Shown here: positions 42,230-55,832 of the stretch, one piece after another
How the letters are laid out: each line of letters starts with the position of its first letter
How positions within the stretch are numbered: the first letter of the stretch is position 1
Assembly (NCBI RefSeq): GCF_009914755.1
Contig: NC_060933.1
Source: the human T2T-CHM13v2.0 reference genome, Homo sapiens
Reading direction: 5' to 3' (one strand)
DNA: 64,000 bases
Program-made: the position numbers and the translations under genes
The notes under the pieces: model-generated
The model's input: only the letters and a program-made list of their open reading frames with translations
Databases searched by the model: none
What the model was told of the DNA's origin: nothing

Positions 42230-42328
42230 TATATGAATGGTTATTTAATCTGATGCTTTTAGTTCTCTTTTAATTTTTAAATTGAACAATAAGATGTGCA
42301 AATAACTGTGTAAAAATTGTCCTATTCC

Positions 42329-42630
42329 AGCCGGGTGCGGTGGCTCACGCCTGTAATCCCAGCACTTTGGGAGGCCGAGGCAGGTGGACCACGAGGTCAG
42401 GAGATCGAGACCATCTTGGCTAACACGGTGAAACCCAATCTGTACCAAAAAAATACAAAAAAAATTAGCTGGACGTGGTGGCGGGCGCCTGTAGTCTCAG
42501 CTACTAGGGAGGCTGAGGCAGGAGAATGGCGTGAACCCAGGAGGCGGGGCTTGCAGTGAGCCAAGATCGCGCCACTGCACTTCAGCCTGGGCCACAGAGT
42601 GAGACTCCTCTCAAAAAAAAAAAAAAAAAA
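42329..42630 (+). mobile_element. AluY
   Basis: AluY diagnostics (gagatcgagaccatc, ggcgtgaacc, cttgcagtgag); 17-bp TSD aaaaattgtc(c/t)tattcc. Confidence 0.95.
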
Positions 42631-44122
42631 AAAAATTGTCTTATTCCTTGAGCTTTTTCTATGAAATAGAGCTTGTATTGTACTGATTTCTTAAAATAAT
42701 TTTTGTTATTTTTGCATTTTTATGCTTTAAAAAAATCAGTTGATTCCTTTACAATGTGTTGATACACTCTAGAATCGTTCATTTTCCATTCTCATCTGCT
42801 GAAAATAATATTAGTTTAGTTTTGTTGTCTCATGGGCTGCTTTTCTTTTTATTTTCTGTGTGTGTGTACCTTGAATGTATCCACTTACTCATTTTATTTA
42901 GGTACTGACTTACTGTCTTATTGCTTTTTTCTTATGCTAATATTTTATCATTTCTGAAAGCCACAAGCTTTTATTACCCTTCAAATAATCCCTAAGATGC
43001 AGAGATGTGAAGAGTGCCCTTTATTCTATCTCTGTGCCTATAGTATTTTGTCATTTTCACTGTTACAGCAAAATGGCTTTGTGCATCTCCTTGACGTAAA
43101 CAGGAATAGAGTGAGCTGAGATTAACAGATATTGGACAGTCCAACTCACACAGTGTAGTCATGGTTACCATCAAAATACTATGGCAAATGAGTGACCAAA
43201 TCTATAAAGAATATATTTTTAAAATAGTATCTGTTGGCATTTTTCTAACACTTCCCTCAAAAATCAACATCATTGACTGGAAAACACCTTATAAGTTTAT
43301 TGACATTAATATAGATTGGTATGATATACATGGAAAAAATGCAGAATGTCTAATAGGAATATAGGAAAGGGGAGTACTGAGAATTAACCATGATACAGAT
43401 CCTTTCTCTTTCTCTCACAAAAACATATTCAGATACTTCCTAATACTTTTAATCAATGCAGTTCACTAAAAGCTTCATGTGACATAGCGTCAGTAAATGT
43501 TGATGTTCCCCATATGTTTAGGCAATACTTAAAATTCTAGAGAAATGACATTTTTCTATTAAATTTTTTATATCACTGAAGATTAAATTTAAATAATTAG
43601 CAGCATAAGTTGTTTACAGTGAAGAATGTAGTGTATTCAACTGCAAACCAATTATGATAATATTATTGAATTTAATGTAGATAACATTAAAACATTCTTT
43701 TTAAAGTCAAAATAATATATATATTTTATATCAGTTTAACAAACATTTATAAACTATCAACCTGGAGTAAGAAAACCAACTTATGCATGTGTATACTATG
43801 TTTTATACATACTTAAGAATGCTATATAATTTATATATGAGTATCAAAGTCTATTGTATTTAAAAAGTTGTGAACACATCTCTATCAGCATAGGTAATTG
43901 ACAATTTAGTTCTCTCTAGCTATGAAAATCTTAGATGGCAACTTCTTTTAATAGAAAGCTGTTTCATCGACATTGAAAATCTGTTATGATTTATACAGAT
44001 TATTACATTTCTAAAAAATTATTTAAAGGAACCGTATGTATATTCTTCTGGGATTGTGATAAAGGATTCATAATAGAGAGATTCCATGCCTTAGGACACA
44101 CAATCTTCTCTGTTCCCATTCT

Positions 44123-44382
44123 CTTTTTTTTTTCTTTTGAGAAGAAAAGGCTCACCGCAACCTCCACCTCCTGGGTTCAAGAGATTCTCCTGCCTCAGCC
44201 TCCCAAGTAGCTGGGATTACAGGTGCACGGCACCATGCCTGGCTAAATTTTTTTGTATTTTTAGTAGAGACGGGGTTTCACCATGTTGGCCAGGCTGATT
44301 TCGAACTCCTGACCTCAAGTGATCTGCACGCCTCAGCCTCTGAAAGTGCTAGGATTACAGGCATGAGCCACCATGCCCAGCC
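44123..44382 (-). mobile_element. AluS with an internal deletion of about 50 bp near its 3' end
   Basis: Perfect 15-bp TSD ctctgttcccattct (44108-22, 44383-97); the Alu lacks the gtctcgctctgtcgcccaggctggagtgcagtgg segment. Confidence 0.93.
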
Positions 44383-47204
44383 CTCTGTTCCCATTCTAAT
44401 AGATGTTCTACTATGGATTCTACATTATGGCCTATAGAGTTAGCCTTCGACTGACGTAAAACTCAGGGAATACCTTGAGGAAATCTAAGTGAGCAGAACA
44501 AGGGCCAAAGCGAGCTGGGAAGTGCAGAACATACGTTCCTGGTCCAAATTATAGGGACAAAAGAGAAAAACAGTGTTATGTCACATTAATTAATAAATTT
44601 GAGAAAGTAAGATTATTATTTCTAAAGAAATGATACTCAGAGAGAAGCAAAAGATTTATGCTATGTCGAGGCAGAATATAAAGAGAGTAAAGCAAAACAG
44701 ATAAACAGATCAATCCAAATCACTATAATTTTTTTTTCCTGTGATGCTGCCAGCAGCAATGGGTCTAGGAACCCCTTGATGTCCAGTCCTTCAAGCCAGC
44801 CTGGTTTTTTGTTCAACTTAGAAATTAAGAATTACTTTATTGATATTTTTGCCTATTTATTCTTTGAGATGGAGAATAAATGATTGAAACACCTCAGAAA
44901 CAAACTTTATTTCAACCATTGTGCTCACTTTTTGTACAATACCTTTTTAAAATATTTTTCTATTTTGCTATATATAATCATTGCTGATATTGGTAAAACA
45001 TACAGGTTTTGAAGATAATTGATAATGATCCAGATTTTTGGAAACATAGTCAGTAAAACACAAATATATTTAACTAACCCTGTTTTATAAACAGGAGTAA
45101 GCCATTACCATTGCGACCACAAAGTGCTCAGTAGGCAATGGCTAAAACTGGCAGGAAAATAAATATCTACAGAATATCAACCTGGCTTTATTTTTAAAAG
45201 TAAAACAGGAATACAAATGATGGAGTAAATACTCTCAGGTGGCAGATGAGAAAATATTTGGAAAGCTATAAAAAGGAATATGAAATCGGGCCTGGATAGA
45301 TGGTTAAGGGCTGTGTCACGTGGACAAACATAAGGAAGGTCATTCCAGAAGGAGACATAGCACTAACCAGGGAGTTGAGTAAGGAGGGAACAAAATATTA
45401 TCTTGCTTTTAAAGCATACGGGGGGAAAGCCTAGAGTTAAAAGCCATGATCCCATTCATTTTCTAGAAAAGAGTAAAACATTTGCATTTTTAAAAGAGCC
45501 AATGGGGACTTACTGATTTTCCCTTTGCACTAAACATGATCACAAATGTTTAAGAAATCTGATGTGAGGAGTTGATGGGGTAGATGCATGAAGAAATAAA
45601 CTAGAGATACAGAGATTAGGGAGCTGATGCTCGAAACTTTGTGACAGAAAATACATGCAACTAACTATTGTCAGTATGGAATGACTACAATACAGTTGTT
45701 GAGGGCAGAAACTATGTTTATATTTACTCACTGATGTGTAGTACAGTATGAAGAACATAGCAGGTTTTCAGGAAAGGTCCACTGGCCATCCCACATGTAG
45801 TTTTACGAATGCTGAATACCCCAATTTTCTAAAATGGCCACAACGCTGGATACCATATATAAATGTACTTTTAAAAGTGCATTGCACAAAGAACATGGAA
45901 ATAACAATAATGCATGATCCATTTACAATGATCATGTATTATATTTGGGGGAGGGAGTTGAAGTTTTTCTGAGAGCATGGGATGCAAGGATTGCCTAAAG
46001 CAACTTGAAAATATCTTAAGGAAGTTTATTTAAAAAATATTGATAATATGTTTCCTCCTAGTAAGGTGGCAACATATAAAATTGCAGTCATTGCACAGTC
46101 AGTAGTTCTCACTTAAGGAAGAAGGGTGTAAACTCACTGACAGAACTCTACTGCCCACTGGGAGGTTTCATAGGAGAAACAGAAAGTTAATGAGAAGAGC
46201 CCTTTGTGTTCCAAGCAATCCATTGGTTGTGGCCTCAGCACACAGAGCACTACTAACAGAGCCACTTGCAGTTTCACCTTTCTTTGGCAATTCAGGGAGG
46301 GCACTTTGATGTGTTTCTTGATTTGCCCCCTGTTGCTTCCTCTTCAAAAGCCTGAGGATGACTAAGCTTGTATCTCTCAGCCTCATGTGAACCTCAGTGC
46401 AGCAACATTTCAAATTTGGTACCCATCTTTGAAGTGTAGTGGCTTGTACACATTAACATTCTTGCCCCCAAAGACTTCTTTTCTTGCAATCTTTCCTTCC
46501 AAGTAATCACACATCTCTCATACCCAGGTAAATTTAGAGGCTGCAGGCTGAATGAGTAACCTTAATAAAATATCTCCTATTATTTAATTGCTAGAAGTAC
46601 CACAATTTTCCCCCCAGCATCTAAACATAAAACACTTGCAACATATAGTTTGTTGATTCACCTTATTTTAATTTACTATATTTAGTCAAGTGTTGTTTTT
46701 AAATGTCCCTTATGTCCTTCTATTCTTCCTTTCTACCCTTAAAATAGTTGACCTGAGTTAGCTTATACTCAAAGGTAGAATAACATGATCAAGAAGTTGA
46801 GAGATTAAGAAGTCATGCATGTCTAACTTTCTGCTCAAGCTTGTGAAATTCCAAGGAATCCCTATATATTGTATTAACAAATAACAGATGCTTCTATATT
46901 AATAGAAAATACATAATGCAACTTTTTTTTTTTCATTTCATGGTGATTATTTCAGAGGCTACTGTCCACCTGCTTACCCAGTTTCTTGGCATAAGAGTGA
47001 ATGATAAGAGGTGAAAAAAAATACACTGAAATAAACAAGGCAGTATTTAAGATATAAGATGAAGAAAATAACACCAAGTTATATTAAGAAAAACCCATAA
47101 TAATATAAGCATCTATTTTTTTTCAAAATTTTTGAACAAAATAAATGTCAGTTCTCCAAAGCCTTGTGCTTAGCTGTGAATGTAAATAAATCTAAAATAT
47201 CCTT

Positions 47205-47288
47205 TGTTCCTTTCTTCCTTCTTTTCTTTCTCTCTTCCTCTCTCCCTCTTCTCTCCATTCTTCCACTCTTTCTCTCTTTTTCTCTCTC
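47205..47288. repeat. CT-rich low-complexity tract
   Basis: Seen directly. Confidence 0.8.
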
Positions 47289-48292
47289 AATAACTCACAT
47301 ATAGGGAACAAAATGCAAAAGAAGTAAATGAGTACACAGTGAAAATTATGGCTTCCGCACATCTTTGTTTTTTATCGACAAGGGAGCTGTCCCCAGAAGC
47401 AGAGAATGTAGCCAGATTCTTGTGTATCCTCACAAAGGTATTTTACATATATTCAGATACATATAAATAAAATAAGTAGGTTTCTTATGGATCACATTAT
47501 GTGGTCGAGGAAAAGGTTTTGAAAGAGTTAAATGATAAGCTTCAAGGTTATGCAGAAAGTCAGCAATGGAGTTGGGGATGAGCCCAGATTTTCTATTTTA
47601 CTCTAGGCATTGTGCCATCTTGCAAATTTTTATCTTCTAAATGCCAGTATTTCTGCCTTTTGTATGGATGGGCATATCTCCAAGGGTTTTAAATTTGGTT
47701 CTGGTTCAATAACTCACCCTAAGAATAAATGAAGTATATCAATCTCCTTTGTATGCACTATTTCAACCTAAACAAGTAGGTGGGTCAGTTTAGGGTTCTT
47801 TGCAATTTTGAGGATATTTATGAACATCATACTTAGCTTGAGAGGCTTTACTTCTTTTACTGTCTTAGAATTCTGCTCGCAAGTAAAAACCAACCAAACA
47901 AAAAACAAGTACAATAATAAAGCTTCAGTATGAAAAACTTATCCAAATAGTTTGAAATTTTAAAAGTTTTTACTTAAGTTTGGTCAAAGACGTATTCTTC
48001 AGGTTCACATTTCAGGTATTTACTTTGAATAAATTATCTCAGTTCCATAGGTCTTAGCTCTTCTATAGAACTTTGCCTTTGCTAGCATATTTTCATTATA
48101 TAGCACTGCAGAGAAGGATTGCCATAAGGATGGGAAGGATTTGGTACTATGTCCTTGCTAGTATCTTTGACACAAGGTCTTCAGAAAAAAGTTTAATTTT
48201 AAAAAAATAAGTAACAAGTGTTAGTTCAGCAGATAAAACAAACTAAAAATAATTAATGATATCAGTTTTAAATATTTAAAACACCCTCCATT

Positions 48293-50965
48293 ATCAGTAA
48301 CATAAAGCCTACCAACCAGAAAAAGCCCAGGACCAGATGGATTCACAGCTGAATTCTACCAGTTATATAAAGAAGAGCTACTACTATTCCTACTGAATCT
48401 ACTCCAAAAATTGAGGAAGAGGGAATCCTCCTTTACTCATTCTATGAGGCCAGCATCATCCTGATACCAAAACCTGGCAGAGATACGATAAAGAAAGAAA
48501 ACTTCAGGGTAATATCTTTGATGAACACAGATGCAAAAATCCTCAACAAAATACTAGCAAACTGAATCCAGCAGCACATGAAAAAGCTAATCCACCACGA
48601 ACAAACAGACTTTATCCCTGGGATGCAAGGTTGGTTCAACACACACAAATCAATAAATGTGACCACCACATAAACAGAACTAAAAACAAAAACCACCTGG
48701 TCATCTCAATAGATGCAGAAAAGGCTTTTGAGAAAATTCAACATCCTTTCATGTTAAAAACCCTCAACAAATTAGTCACTGAAGGAACACACTTCAAAAT
48801 AATAAGAGCCATCTATGACAAACCCATAGCCAACCTCATAGTGAACGAGCAAAAGCTGGAAGCACTCCTCTTGAAAACCTCAACAAGATCAAGATGCCCT
48901 CTCTCATCACTCGTATTCAACATAGCATTAAAAGTTCTGGCCAGAGTAATCAGAGAAGAAAAAGAAAAAACACACACACAAATGAGAAGAGAGGCTCAAA
49001 CTATTTCTTTTTGCAGATGATATGATTCTATACCTATAAAACCCTGTAGTCTCTACACAAAAGCACCTTGATCTAATAAACAACTTCAACAATGTTTCAG
49101 AATACAAAATCAATGTACAAAAATCAGTAGCATTTTTATACGTCAACAATACCCAAGCTGACAGTCAAATCAAGAATGCAATCCCATTCACAATAACCAC
49201 AGAAAAAGAATAAAATACCTGGCAATACAGCTAAGCAGGGAAGCAAAAGATCCCTATAATGAGAAGTAAAAAACACTGCTCAAAGAAATCAGAAATAACA
49301 TTAAATAAATTGAAAAACATTCCATGCTTATAAATAGAAGAAGCACTATTGTTAAAATGGCCATACTGCCCAAAGCAATTTACAGATTCAATGCTATTTC
49401 TACCAAACTACCAATGGCATTCTTCATAGAATTAGAAAAAACTATTTTAAAATTACTATGGAACCAAAAAAGGAACCTGAATAGCCAAAGCAATCCTAAG
49501 CGAAAAGAACAAAGCTGGAGGTTTTACATTACCTGACTTCAAACTATACTACAAGGCTACGATAACCCAAACAACACAGTACTGACACAAAAATGGACAC
49601 ATAGACCAATGTAACAGAATAGAGAGCCCAGAAATAATGCCTCACACCCACAACAATCAGATCTTTGCCAAAGCTGAAAAAAGCAGGCAATGGTGAAAGG
49701 ACCCCCTATTCAATAAATGGTGCTGTAATAACTGGCTAGACATATGAAGAAGACTGAAACTGGAACCTTCTCTTACATCATATACAAAAATCAACTCAAG
49801 GTGGATTAAAGACTTAAATGTAAAACCTAAAAGTATAAAAACCCTGAAAGATAACCTAGGAAGTACCATTCTGGACACAGGCCCTGGTAGAGATTTTAGG
49901 ATGGAGACACCAAAAGCAACTGCAACAAAACAGAAATTGACAAGTAGGGCCAATTAAACTAAAGAGCTTCTGCACACCAAAAGAAACTATCAACAGTGTA
50001 AACAGACACTCTACAGAATGGGGGAAAGTATTTGCAAACTATGTATCCAACAAAAGTCCAATATTCAGAATCTATAAGAAACTTAAATAAACAAGCAAAC
50101 AGGAACAACCTGATTAAATACTGAGCAAAGAACATGATCAGATACTTTTCAAAGGAAGACATACATGTAGCCAACAAGCATATAAAAAAAAGCTCAGCAT
50201 CATTGATCATTAGAGAAATGCAAATCAAAATCACAATAAGATACCATCACACACCAGTCACAATAGCTATTAATAAAATGTCAACAAATAACAGATGCTT
50301 GAGAGGTGGCAGAAAAAGGGCAACACTTATACACTGATGGTGGGAATATAAATTAGTTCCGCCATTGTGGAAAACAGTGAGGTGTCTTCTCAGAGAACTT
50401 AAAACAGAAGTGCCATTTGACACAGCATTTCCATTATTAGGTATATACCCAAAGGAATATAAGCCATCCTACCATACACATGCGTGTATGTGTTCATCAT
50501 GGCACTATTCACAATAGCAAAGACATGGAATCAACCTAAATGTGCAACAAAGGTAAACTGGATAGAGAAAATGTGGTACATATTCACCATGGAATACTAT
50601 GCAACCATGAAAAAGAACAACATCATATCCTTTTCAGCAACATGAATGGAGGTGGAAGCCATTATCCTAAGTGAAATAATACAGGAACAGAAAATCAAAT
50701 ACCACATGTTCTCACTTATAAGTTAGAGCTAAACACTGAGTACACATGGACACAAGGAAGAGAACAGACACCAAGGCCTACTTGAAGGTGGAGGATGAGA
50801 GGAGGGTGAGGATCAAAAAACTCTCTATGGGGTACTGTGCTTATTACCCATGTGACAAAATAATCTGTACAGCAAATGCCTGTAACATGCAATTTCCTTC
50901 TATAACAAACCTGCACATGTACCCCGAACCTAGAAGTTAAAAAAAAAAAAAAAAAAACAGAAAAA
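48293..50965 (+). mobile_element. 5'-truncated old L1PA (L1PA13-16-like): ORF2 RT and C-terminus, 3'UTR, poly(A)
   Basis: [31 protein letters not shown] and FADD (49010-21) motifs; 3'UTR acaaacctgcacatgtacccc followed by an A tail; multiple stops. Confidence 0.95.
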
Positions 50966-51089
50966 TAGAAGACCATCCTTCGTCTAATAAAAAATAAAGA
51001 AGATATAAGTAATATTTCTATTATGGGTTCCCAATATACTTCTGTTGCAGGACCTCAGATACTATGTTACTGTTTCCCTAAACATTTTT

Positions 51090-51610
51090 GGATGTTTCTG
51101 GTTGTGTTCTTTACTCAAAGCCCCTTTGGCTATTTTCCTTCCATCAAGAAATTGAGTCAATTTTGTCTTCCTTTAAACCTGTTCTTGAATCTTGTGACTT
51201 GCTTTGAAAAATACATGTAGTTGAACTAAAGTTATACCAGTTCTGGAGCTTAGGCCTTAAGACTCATGGAAATCTCTGTTTTCATACTACTAGAGACTGC
51301 TAGAGACTGGAGAAACAGATGTATAAGTTAAAAGACAGTCTAAAAAAGGGGTCCTAGAGAATGATAAAACAGGAAAGAGAGTCTACTATTTGAGCCAGTC
51401 CCATTGAAAAGCAAGAAAGTGAGAGAGACCATCCTGAATTCTTTAGCTAAAATTGTGGATGCAGGAGTAGCCCAGCTGACACAACATAGAGAAGACTTAA
51501 GCCATCCCAGCTGAGTTCTGTCTAGACAACCGCGAAACTCGTGAACAAATAAAATAATTGCTATTTCAGACTTCAGTTTTGAGGTAATTTGTTATACAAA
51601 AAATAATGTT
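51090..51610 (+). mobile_element. Old MLT1 (G/H-like) LTR remnant
   Basis: cttgtgacttgctttga, aggccttaaga, catcccagctgag and ttttgaggtaatttgttat motifs. Confidence 0.6.
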
Positions 51611-51952
51611 TTCCTAAAAAAAACCCTGCATTCTGAAGGTAAAATTATTGACTAAATTTAATATTCATATCTCATAAGATAGTGTCTGTTTAGGCTGCTA
51701 TAACAAAACAGCATAATCTGCATGGCTTTTTTAAAAAATAGAAATTCATTTCTCATGGTTTTGGGGGCTGGAAAGTTCAAGATCAAGGCATTGGGTGATT
51801 AAGTAACTATTGAAAACTCACTTCCTCATAGGCAGTGCCTTCTCACTATGTCCTCACACAGTGGGAGGGACAAGAAATCTCTCTAGGGACTCTTTTTTTT
51901 AAAGATACTAATTACAATCATAACGGCTCCACCCTCATAGCTTTTGTGTGTT

Positions 51953-52136
51953 CTTTTTTCTTTTATTTTTTCGTCTGGACAGAGTATCACTCTGTCACCC
52001 AGGCTGGAGTAGCAGCCTTGACATCCTTGACTCAACCAGTCCTCCCATCTCAGCCTCCCAAGTAGGTGGGACCACAGGCAAGCACCACCTACTTTTTTTT
52101 TTTTCAGAGATGAGTTCTCACTATGTTGCACAGGAT
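51953..52136 (-). mobile_element. Truncated AluJ fragment
   Basis: acagagtatcactctgtcacccaggctggagt...agagatgagttctcactatgttgc. Confidence 0.8.
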
Positions 52137-52488
52137 GCTAAATATCATCCAAATCAGATATGAGTGAGGTTCAAAGTGTGATTCATCCTGAGAAAAATTA
52201 CTTTCCAGCTGTAAACTCATGAAATAAAACATGATACGTGCTTCTAAAATACAATGGAAGGACAGGAACAGGATAAACATTCCCATCACAAAGAGAAGTA
52301 GAAAAAAAGAAAGGAATGACAAATCAAAGCCTTAAAGTTCAAGAATAATTGTTTTTGTCTCAATGTTCTGCCCTCCAAACCCACTGGGGTATAAGTTTCA
52401 CCTTCCAGATATACTGGGACAGGATTCATGCTCCCTTAGCTGTGCTGGGCACAGCCCAACCCTCAGCTCTCATGAAATGGCGTCATAT

Positions 52489-53607
52489 TGTGTCCAGAAT
52501 TGGTGGGTTCTTGGTCTCACTGACTTCAAGAATGACACTGGGGACCCTCATGGTGAGTATTACAGTTCTTAAAGATGGTGTCTCCGGAATTTGTTCCTTC
52601 TGATGTTCGGACATGTCCGAAGTTTCTTCCTGCTGGTGGTTTCATGGTCTCGCAGACTTTAAGAATGAAGCCACAGACCTTCATGGTGAATGTTACAGTT
52701 CATAAAGGTAGCATGTACAGAGTTGTTCATTCCTCCCAGTGGGTTCGTGGTCTCGCTGGCTTCAGGAATGAAGCTCCAGGCCTTCGCACTGAGCTGCTGT
52801 GCAAATCCAAAGACAAAGCAGCAACAAGATTCATCTCAAAGAGCAAAAAAGCAAAGCTTCCACAGCATGGAAGGAAATCCTACCAGGTTGCGCTGCTGGC
52901 TCTGGTGGCCTGCTTTTATTCCCTTATCTTGCCCTACCCACATCCTGCTGATTGGTCCATTTTACAGAGAGCTGATTGGTCCATTTTACAGAGAGCTGAT
53001 TGGTCCGTTTTGACAGAGTGCTGATTGGTGCATTTACAAACCTTTAGCTAGACACAGAGTGCTGACTGGTGCATTTACAATCCTTTAGCTAGACCGAAAA
53101 GTTCTCCAAGTCCCCACCTGTCCCAGAAGTCCAGCGGCTTCACCTCTCACTGGCACTGGCCCTGGGACTTTGTGGCACCTAGCCCAGGCACTCCGGCAGC
53201 CCAGAGGGAGCTTGTCCCAGACAACCAAGAGGAAAAGGGGGGAAGCGCGAAACAGATGGAGACCCGCCATTGTGGGCAACGACCCTGCAAAGAGGGAACG
53301 GCGGTCCACGCATGGGACCCAGCCTCCGATCAAGCCCAGCAGGCACAGGCCAGCTGCACTGAGTGCAGGGCCGCGGAGCCCGCACCCACCCGGAACCCAC
53401 GCCTGCCCGTGAGCGCTGTGCACAGCCCCGGCTCCCACGCACGCCTGTCCCTCCACACCTCTCCGAGAGCAGAGGGAGCTGGCTCCAGCCTTAGCCAGCC
53501 CCAGAGAGGGCCCCCCACAGCGCAGCAGCGGGCTGAAGGGCTCCTCTAGTGCAGCCAGAGGAGGCGCCGAGAGCCAGCTAGGGCTGCTAGCACGTTGTCA
53601 CCTCTCA
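52489..53607 (-). mobile_element. Solo LTR12 (HERV9; extended B/D-like form)
   Basis: The reverse complement starts tgagaggtgacaacgtgctagcagccc and ends aagaacccaccaattctggacaca; 4-bp TSD atat (52485-88, 53608-11). Confidence 0.95.
52910..53090 (-). promoter_or_regulatory. LTR12 U3 promoter: tandem CCAAT (NF-Y) repeats and an AATAAAA TATA-like box
   Basis: Four gctgattgg units plus one mutated unit (gctgactgg); ttttattc at about 52914-21. Confidence 0.65.
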
Positions 53608-55214
53608 ATATGCCTGTGGCTGTCCTGTGTGAGTTGGAATATAATACTGGTGTCTCTACTCATCTGGTGGAGAAGGGGCAGCTCACCCCTGTGAATCTAC
53701 TGGAGATTGCCCTTATGGGGACTCTTTGCAGTGACCCTGCTCCCATGGCAGTTTTTTGCCACACGGCTCCCTGGGGCATCCTTTGAAACCTAGGTGGAGG
53801 CAGCCACATCCCCACAGTTTTACTGGGCATAGTGAGACAGCACCAGAGCCACACACCCAACACAGCCCAGGAGCATGCAACACAGTAGTATGAGAAGTGA
53901 AGCATTTACACAGTGCCAGCCAGCATGCGCCAAGGACCTGCAGGCAACAGTGTCCCCTTCTTTGAAATCATTCTGACCCCCAGGTCCTTACATTCTGGAC
54001 TTGTAATGGGAGGGCAACCCTGATGACCTCCAAAATGCCTCCCAGGATTCTTTCATTGTCATGAACAATGGGTCCTGGATTTTGTTTAGATGGCTGACTA
54101 ATCTCTCCATTGTCTTAACAGCTCCCAGCTTCTGTTGATGTGGCCAATACATGTTAATCTCTTTATCAAATTTGGCCACAAGTTTGATAAAGAGATTTAT
54201 ATGCTCTCCCAAACAGATTTCTTTTCATTTATTGTAATATGGATGGCTGAGAATTATCCAAATTTTTAAGTTCTGTTTTTCTTTTTATTAACAATTCTGC
54301 CTTTAAATCATTTCTCTGTTCTCTAATTTACTATAAGCAGTCAAAAGGAACCAAGACACGCTTTCAACACTTGGCTTAGAAATAGATTCAGCTAAATATC
54401 CAATTTCATTGCTCACAACTACCTTCCACAAAACACTAGGACAATTCAGCCAAGTTATTTACCACTTTATCATAAAGATCACCTCTTTCCTTGTTTTCAA
54501 TAACATGTTTCTTATTTTCCTCTGAGACTGCTTGAGAATGACCCTTATTAATCATATTTCTACTAACATTCTGTTCATGACCACTTCAATATTCCCTAAG
54601 AAAATTGGGGATCTCTCTACAGCTCTCCTCTCTCTGAATCCTTACCGGTATTGCCTTTAGCAGTCTATTCACAGCAATATAAGCTTTTTCTAGCATGCAA
54701 CTCAAAACTCTAAGACTTCTGACCATTACTCAGTCCCAAAGCCATTTTCATTTTTTTAGGTATTTGTTACAGTAGTACCTCCACTCTCAGCACAAATCTT
54801 CTGTCTTAGTACATTCAGGCTGCTATAACGTAACACACTAGGTGGCTTATAAAGAGCAGAAATTTATTTTTCACATTTCTGGAGGTTGGGAAGTCCAAGA
54901 TCAAGGTGGTAGCAGATTCAGTGTCTGATGAGGGCCTTTTTTTGGTTCATAGACGGCCATATTTTGGCTATGTTCTCACACAGTTGAAGGGACAAGGTAG
55001 CATTCTTGTGCCACTTTTACAAGGCCACTAATTCTATTCATGAGGGCTCTGTCCTCATGACTTAATAACCTTTCAAGGGCCTCCCCTGCTAATTCCATCA
55101 CCTTGGGGATTTGAATTTCAACATAAGAATTTTGAGGGGGCACAAACATTCAGACCATAGCAGCTACGCACTAAATTTACATGTTTAAATTTTACATGCT
55201 ATTGTTTGCAATAA

Positions 55215-55525
<311 letters not shown>

Positions 55526-55542
55526 ATAACTTTTTAAATATA

Positions 55543-55832
55543 TATTTTTTGAGACAGAGTCTCACTGTGTCATGCAGGCTGGAGTGCAGTGACACTATAG
55601 CCTTAACCTCCTGAGCTAAAGAGATCCTCCCACCTCAGCCTTCCTAGTAGTTGGCACTACAGGTAGTGTGCCACCATGCCTGGCTAATTTTTTTTTTTTT
55701 TTTTTTTTTTTTTTGGTAGAGATAGGTTTTACCATGTTGCCCAGTTTGGTCTCAAACTTCTCAGCTAAAGCAATCTTCCCACCTCAGCCTTTCAGAGTTT
55801 TGGAATTATAAGTGAGAACTACAAGGCTCAGC
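55543..55832 (-). mobile_element. AluJ (diverged, expanded central T tract)
   Basis: gagacagagtctcactgtgtc...caggctggagtgcagtg...cccacctcagcc; dimer structure. Confidence 0.85.

Larger units (their letters stand above)
51682..55162 (-). mobile_element. MLT1A-type MaLR element (damaged LTR about 51682-51940, internal, intact LTR 54802-55162), with an Alu fragment and an LTR12 inside
   Basis: Two similar LTR ends (tgtc..t.aggctgctataac); intact LTR terminus gggcacaaacattcagaccatagca; MaLR-int motifs. Confidence 0.85.

Noticed and set aside
48293-50965. Active L1
   Set aside because: It is 5'-truncated, has many stops and frameshifts, and carries an old L1PA 3'UTR.
52945-53090. Regularly spaced repeats resembling a CRISPR array
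   Set aside because: They are LTR12 U3 CCAAT repeats without unique spacers, in eukaryotic DNA with no cas genes.
52575-53549. Cluster of GC-rich ORFs suggesting a gene or CpG-island exon
   Set aside because: All lie within the LTR12, where high GC content and tandem repeats explain the open frames.
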